Source: a virus
Taxonomy: Duplodnaviria > Caudoviricetes
Reading direction: 5' to 3' (one strand)
Virus record (IMG/VR): IMGVR_UViG_3300044719_000028
Span: 1-64,000 of that record
Length of the DNA stretch: 64,000 nucleotides
The notes below the pieces were generated by a model. The model saw only the letters and a list, made by a program, of their open reading frames with translations, had not been told where the DNA came from and did no database searches. Each line of letters begins with the position of its first letter. Within the stretch, counting starts at the first letter, position 1. A program made the position numbers and the translations under genes. This document shows, one piece after another, positions 61,601-64,000 of the stretch.

Positions 61601-61845
61601 ACATCTCCTCCTTCATAATAAAGCTTCCAAAGTTCCTTCTCAACATCCTCAATCGACTTGGTGCCAAACAAGCAGGATACCTCGTAATCGTCAATCCAAA
61701 TCGATTCAATCTCGATTTCGCCATCGAAGCCGGGTTCATCCCTTGTGGTATCGTATGGAGCATAGAACCAAAAGTACACCGTCATCTCTATATTATTCAG
61801 CTTAATATCCCGACAAATCACTTTCGGAACGTCTTCATCGCGCAT
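61597..61845 (-). CDS. acidic hypothetical protein (82 aa)
   Basis: AAGGAG RBS. Confidence 0.65.
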   Translation of the reverse strand: MRDEDVPKVICRDIKLNNIEMTVYFWFYAPYDTTRDEPGFDGEIEIESIWIDDYEVSCLFGTKSIEDVEKELWKLYYEGGDV

Positions 61846-61921
61846 TCATATTTCTCCTTCATTTCATCCCATAATAGCAAGAAGCCTATTCGGTAAATCA
61901 TTATCCAGTATGTTAGGGCAT

Positions 61922-62065
61922 TCACTCTGCCTCCAACTCAATCATCTTATAGAGCATCTTGTACAGCTTATCCACTTCCTGCTGCATCATACGGTTCTCT
62001 TCTTCGTTAGCATCCATCTCGTCGCACAGAAGATCAATTCGAGATTCGATTTCTTCCTTTGTCAT
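61922..62065 (-). CDS. acidic coiled-coil mini-protein (47 aa)
   Basis: Hand-translated MTKEEIESRIDLLCDEMDANEEE...; GGAG RBS. Confidence 0.55.
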   Translation of the reverse strand: MTKEEIESRIDLLCDEMDANEEENRMMQQEVDKLYKMLYKMIELEAE

Positions 62066-62499
62066 TCTCCCTCCTTAATTTCAAGGTTAGCATTATACAG
62101 ATTCAGTTTCTCGCTGTCAAGAACATTTTTATGATTCTTAAGAATCTCGTCTTCAGGATTAAGAATCATGCGGTCAATCTCACCCCAAAGGTTGTTCACC
62201 GTGCGCATACTTTTAACAGTGCCCTTTGCATCAGCAGCAAGATACCCGTGTGCGTGCAACCAATCAGCAGCTTTGAACGCTTTTACTTTGTACCAATTAA
62301 AGTGAGCGTCACGTTTAATGCAGATGCCCTTGGGCCAATCGTCAGCAAAGACAATGAAGTAAGGAACCTTGATAACAACATCTCGACACTTGTTAGCAAT
62401 TGCTGAGACTACGTGTGCAGCAAGCTTTTGGTAGTCTTCTTCGATTGCTGGGTGAGTTGCTGCCCTAGCTTCGTTGGTCGGCTTGACACGTTTATGCAT
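62062..62499 (-). CDS. hypothetical protein (145 aa)
   Basis: Start trimmed to MHKRVK; contains an internal promoter. Confidence 0.65.
   Translation of the reverse strand: MHKRVKPTNEARAATHPAIEEDYQKLAAHVVSAIANKCRDVVIKVPYFIVFADDWPKGICIKRDAHFNWYKVKAFKAADWLHAHGYLAADAKGTVKSMRTVNNLWGEIDRMILNPEDEILKNHKNVLDSEKLNLYNANLEIKEGE
62092..62120 (-). promoter_or_regulatory. consensus sigma70 promoter (internal) for the SSB/exonuclease block
   Basis: TTGACA-17-TATAAT on - strand; perfect palindrome GATTCTTAAGAATC at 62133-62146 upstream. Confidence 0.75.
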
Positions 62500-62677
62500 C
62501 CCATACCTGCTCGTAATGCTGCTCAATCGCGTCTAGTGCACATTGCATGGAATTTCCGTGATATAGCTTCAGGTTGTCCTCTGCTGGCAAATACCAAACA
62601 CGAATTCCTTGCGGGCAGAACACGATTTGATATCCAAGTTCACCGTAGCGAACTAGATTTTCGCTGAAGATTTCCAT
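62492..62677 (-). CDS. hypothetical protein (61 aa)
   Basis: GAGG RBS. Confidence 0.6.
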   Translation of the reverse strand: MEIFSENLVRYGELGYQIVFCPQGIRVWYLPAEDNLKLYHGNSMQCALDAIEQHYEQVWDA

Positions 62678-62684
62678 AACACCC

Positions 62685-62897
62685 TCACAGCATCACAGCA
62701 GTTACAGTGTAGCCAATATCTTCAGCCTCAAACCCATCTTGTGTCCACTCGTCCCATAAACAATGGTTGGTGCTGTCCGCGTACACGTACTTAGGTTCAG
62801 ACACCTTCTCAGGACTTTGCCCATGATCGCAATAGCCGTACACTTCAAGATTGCCGTCGAATTTCTTCAGTGCTTCGATAAGCTCTTTAACCTTCAT
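62685..62897 (-). CDS. hypothetical protein (70 aa)
   Basis: MKVKELIEALKKFDGNLEV, a common phage N-terminus. Confidence 0.65.
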   Translation of the reverse strand: MKVKELIEALKKFDGNLEVYGYCDHGQSPEKVSEPKYVYADSTNHCLWDEWTQDGFEAEDIGYTVTAVML

Positions 62898-63040
62898 TCG
62901 TAATCCTCCTCATTTGGATAGAAATCGTCTACAAGGTCCAGATATGCACGTCGAAACTGATCTTTTGTGATATCGCCATTTTCAAGGTCTTCTTCAAGAT
63001 ATGCAACTTCCTTATCAAAGCGTTCATCAATAGTCATCAT
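62894..63040 (-). CDS. very acidic mini-protein (48 aa)
   Basis: Hand-translated MMTIDERFDKEVAYLEEDLENGDITKDQFRRAYLDLVDDFYPNEEDYE. Confidence 0.55.
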   Translation of the reverse strand: MMTIDERFDKEVAYLEEDLENGDITKDQFRRAYLDLVDDFYPNEEDYE

Positions 63041-63189
63041 TCAATCTCCATTCCAGTAATACTCGCTTCAAGTCCCTCTGCAATTTCTCGCAGCTTGTCT
63101 TCGATAAAACCCTTCGTGTAGACGTATTGGTCGTCTGTGAGGTAGCCCGAGTCGATGTTATCTAGGGTTAGGGTGATTTTAAGTTCCAT
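63037..63189 (-). CDS. acidic mini-protein (50 aa)
   Basis: Hand-translated MELKITLTLDNIDSGYLTDDQY... Confidence 0.5.
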   Translation of the reverse strand: MELKITLTLDNIDSGYLTDDQYVYTKGFIEDKLREIAEGLEASITGMEIE

Positions 63190-63194
63190 TGTAA

Positions 63195-64000
63195 TTAGTG
63201 GCATGTTGCCCAGTTAGTTCCAATCATATATCCGGCAGTAAGCTCAACGTTAAGTTTGTAGTATTCACCAGACATTTTAACCGCTTGTACAGCAAGCTCT
63301 CCTGCTCTGTTGTACGCTCTGAACCAACCTTTGTCATTGTGAATTACATCGCTCCAGCGTTTACCTTCAGGGTCAACAAAATTCTTAGCTTCTTCTTCAG
63401 TTTCAAACTTCTTAAACTTCACTGCGCTACGCCGAACTTCGTACTGTGCTTCGTCGTGATAGGCAATTAATTGTTGGCAAAAGTCTTTATTCCTCCAATC
63501 ATCTTTGAAAAAATCAACGCTCAGCCCTTCTTTCTCCAGCATCTTATCATGAATCACCATCGCACGCTTAGCACAGATAACGCCTGCCGACTGAAGATAA
63601 CTGTTAATCACGTTGCCTTTAGAACGAATAGGAAGCTTGCGTTTGTCAATAGCAGGGATAAACTTCTTCTGCCCCGGTCCTTCCCAATACTTCTGCATAG
63701 CCTCTTTCAGCAATTTCAAAGGCGCCGCTTGAGTCCAGAAAGCATCGAAAATAACTTGCCCGTCTTCTAAGCTACAACCCACGGTCTTAGCAACTCGTTT
63801 CGGTTGTGCGTTGTAGCTGCACCCATACTTCACAGGCTTTGCGGACTGGCGCGGAAAGCTTCGTCCTAATAGTTCGGTAATCGAACGAGCCAACACAGAG
63901 TGGCAGTCATTTGGTTTCTCTGCCGTCAAGCTGTAGCCATACTCCGGACCACCGGGATACTTCCAAACTGCGTGAGTCTCCATTTTTGCCTCCAGACTGT
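63195..64000 (-). CDS. polA: DNA polymerase family A, 3' part (5' end beyond window)
   Basis: Frame open to the window edge (SLEAKM, motif A); motif B RQSAKPVKYGCSYN; SYLQSAG; motif C YHDEAQ. Confidence 0.93.
   Translation of the reverse strand, partial: SLEAKMETHAVWKYPGGPEYGYSLTAEKPNDCHSVLARSITELLGRSFPRQSAKPVKYGCSYNAQPKRVAKTVGCSLEDGQVIFDAFWTQAAPLKLLKEAMQKYWEGPGQKKFIPAIDKRKLPIRSKGNVINSYLQSAGVICAKRAMVIHDKMLEKEGLSVDFFKDDWRNKDFCQQLIAYHDEAQYEVRRSAVKFKKFETEEEAKNFVDPEGKRWSDVIHNDKGWFRAYNRAGELAVQAVKMSGEYYKLNVELTAGYMIGTNWATCH

Overview
A 64 kb slice of a large tailed dsDNA phage with siphovirus-type tail genes. The host is probably Gram-negative, possibly a GC-rich betaproteobacterium (inferred from the GH19 endolysin, DUF4214-like repeats and GC-rich patches in receptor-binding genes). 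Layout: (1) 1-11.2 kb, + strand: about 40 small genes, many in cassettes with their own sigma70 promoter, including a SpoT-like HD hydrolase and an embedded plasmid-like module (AT-rich tract, 17-bp iteron-like repeats, CopG-like gene, winged-helix Rep-like gene). (2) 11.2-11.9 kb: non-coding convergence zone with palindromes, a G-rich tract and A-tracts. (3) 12-18.3 kb, - strand: two tandem serine recombinase genes (one looks catalytically dead), probable counter-defence genes, ClpP-like protease, PhoH. (4) 18.4-49.3 kb, + strand: putative TerS, three tRNAs interleaved with structured non-coding segments, HNH/AP2 endonuclease, TerL, head genes, an inserted FN3/esterase appendage cassette, tail genes with a -1 frameshift, a 1928-aa tape measure, two tailspikes plus a fibre, and a lysis cassette. 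(5) 49.4-64 kb, - strand: class Ia RNR, glutaredoxin, MazG-like, phosphoesterase, nucleases, SSB and the 3' part of a family A DNA polymerase. No CRISPR array, rRNA, reverse transcriptase or transposase was seen. The best candidate for an undescribed system is the iteron/CopG/Rep replicon together with the active-plus-dead serine recombinase pair, in a phage that otherwise has a T7-like lytic replisome. The structured RNAs of the tRNA locus come second. All family assignments are from motif recognition by eye; no searches or folding programs were run.
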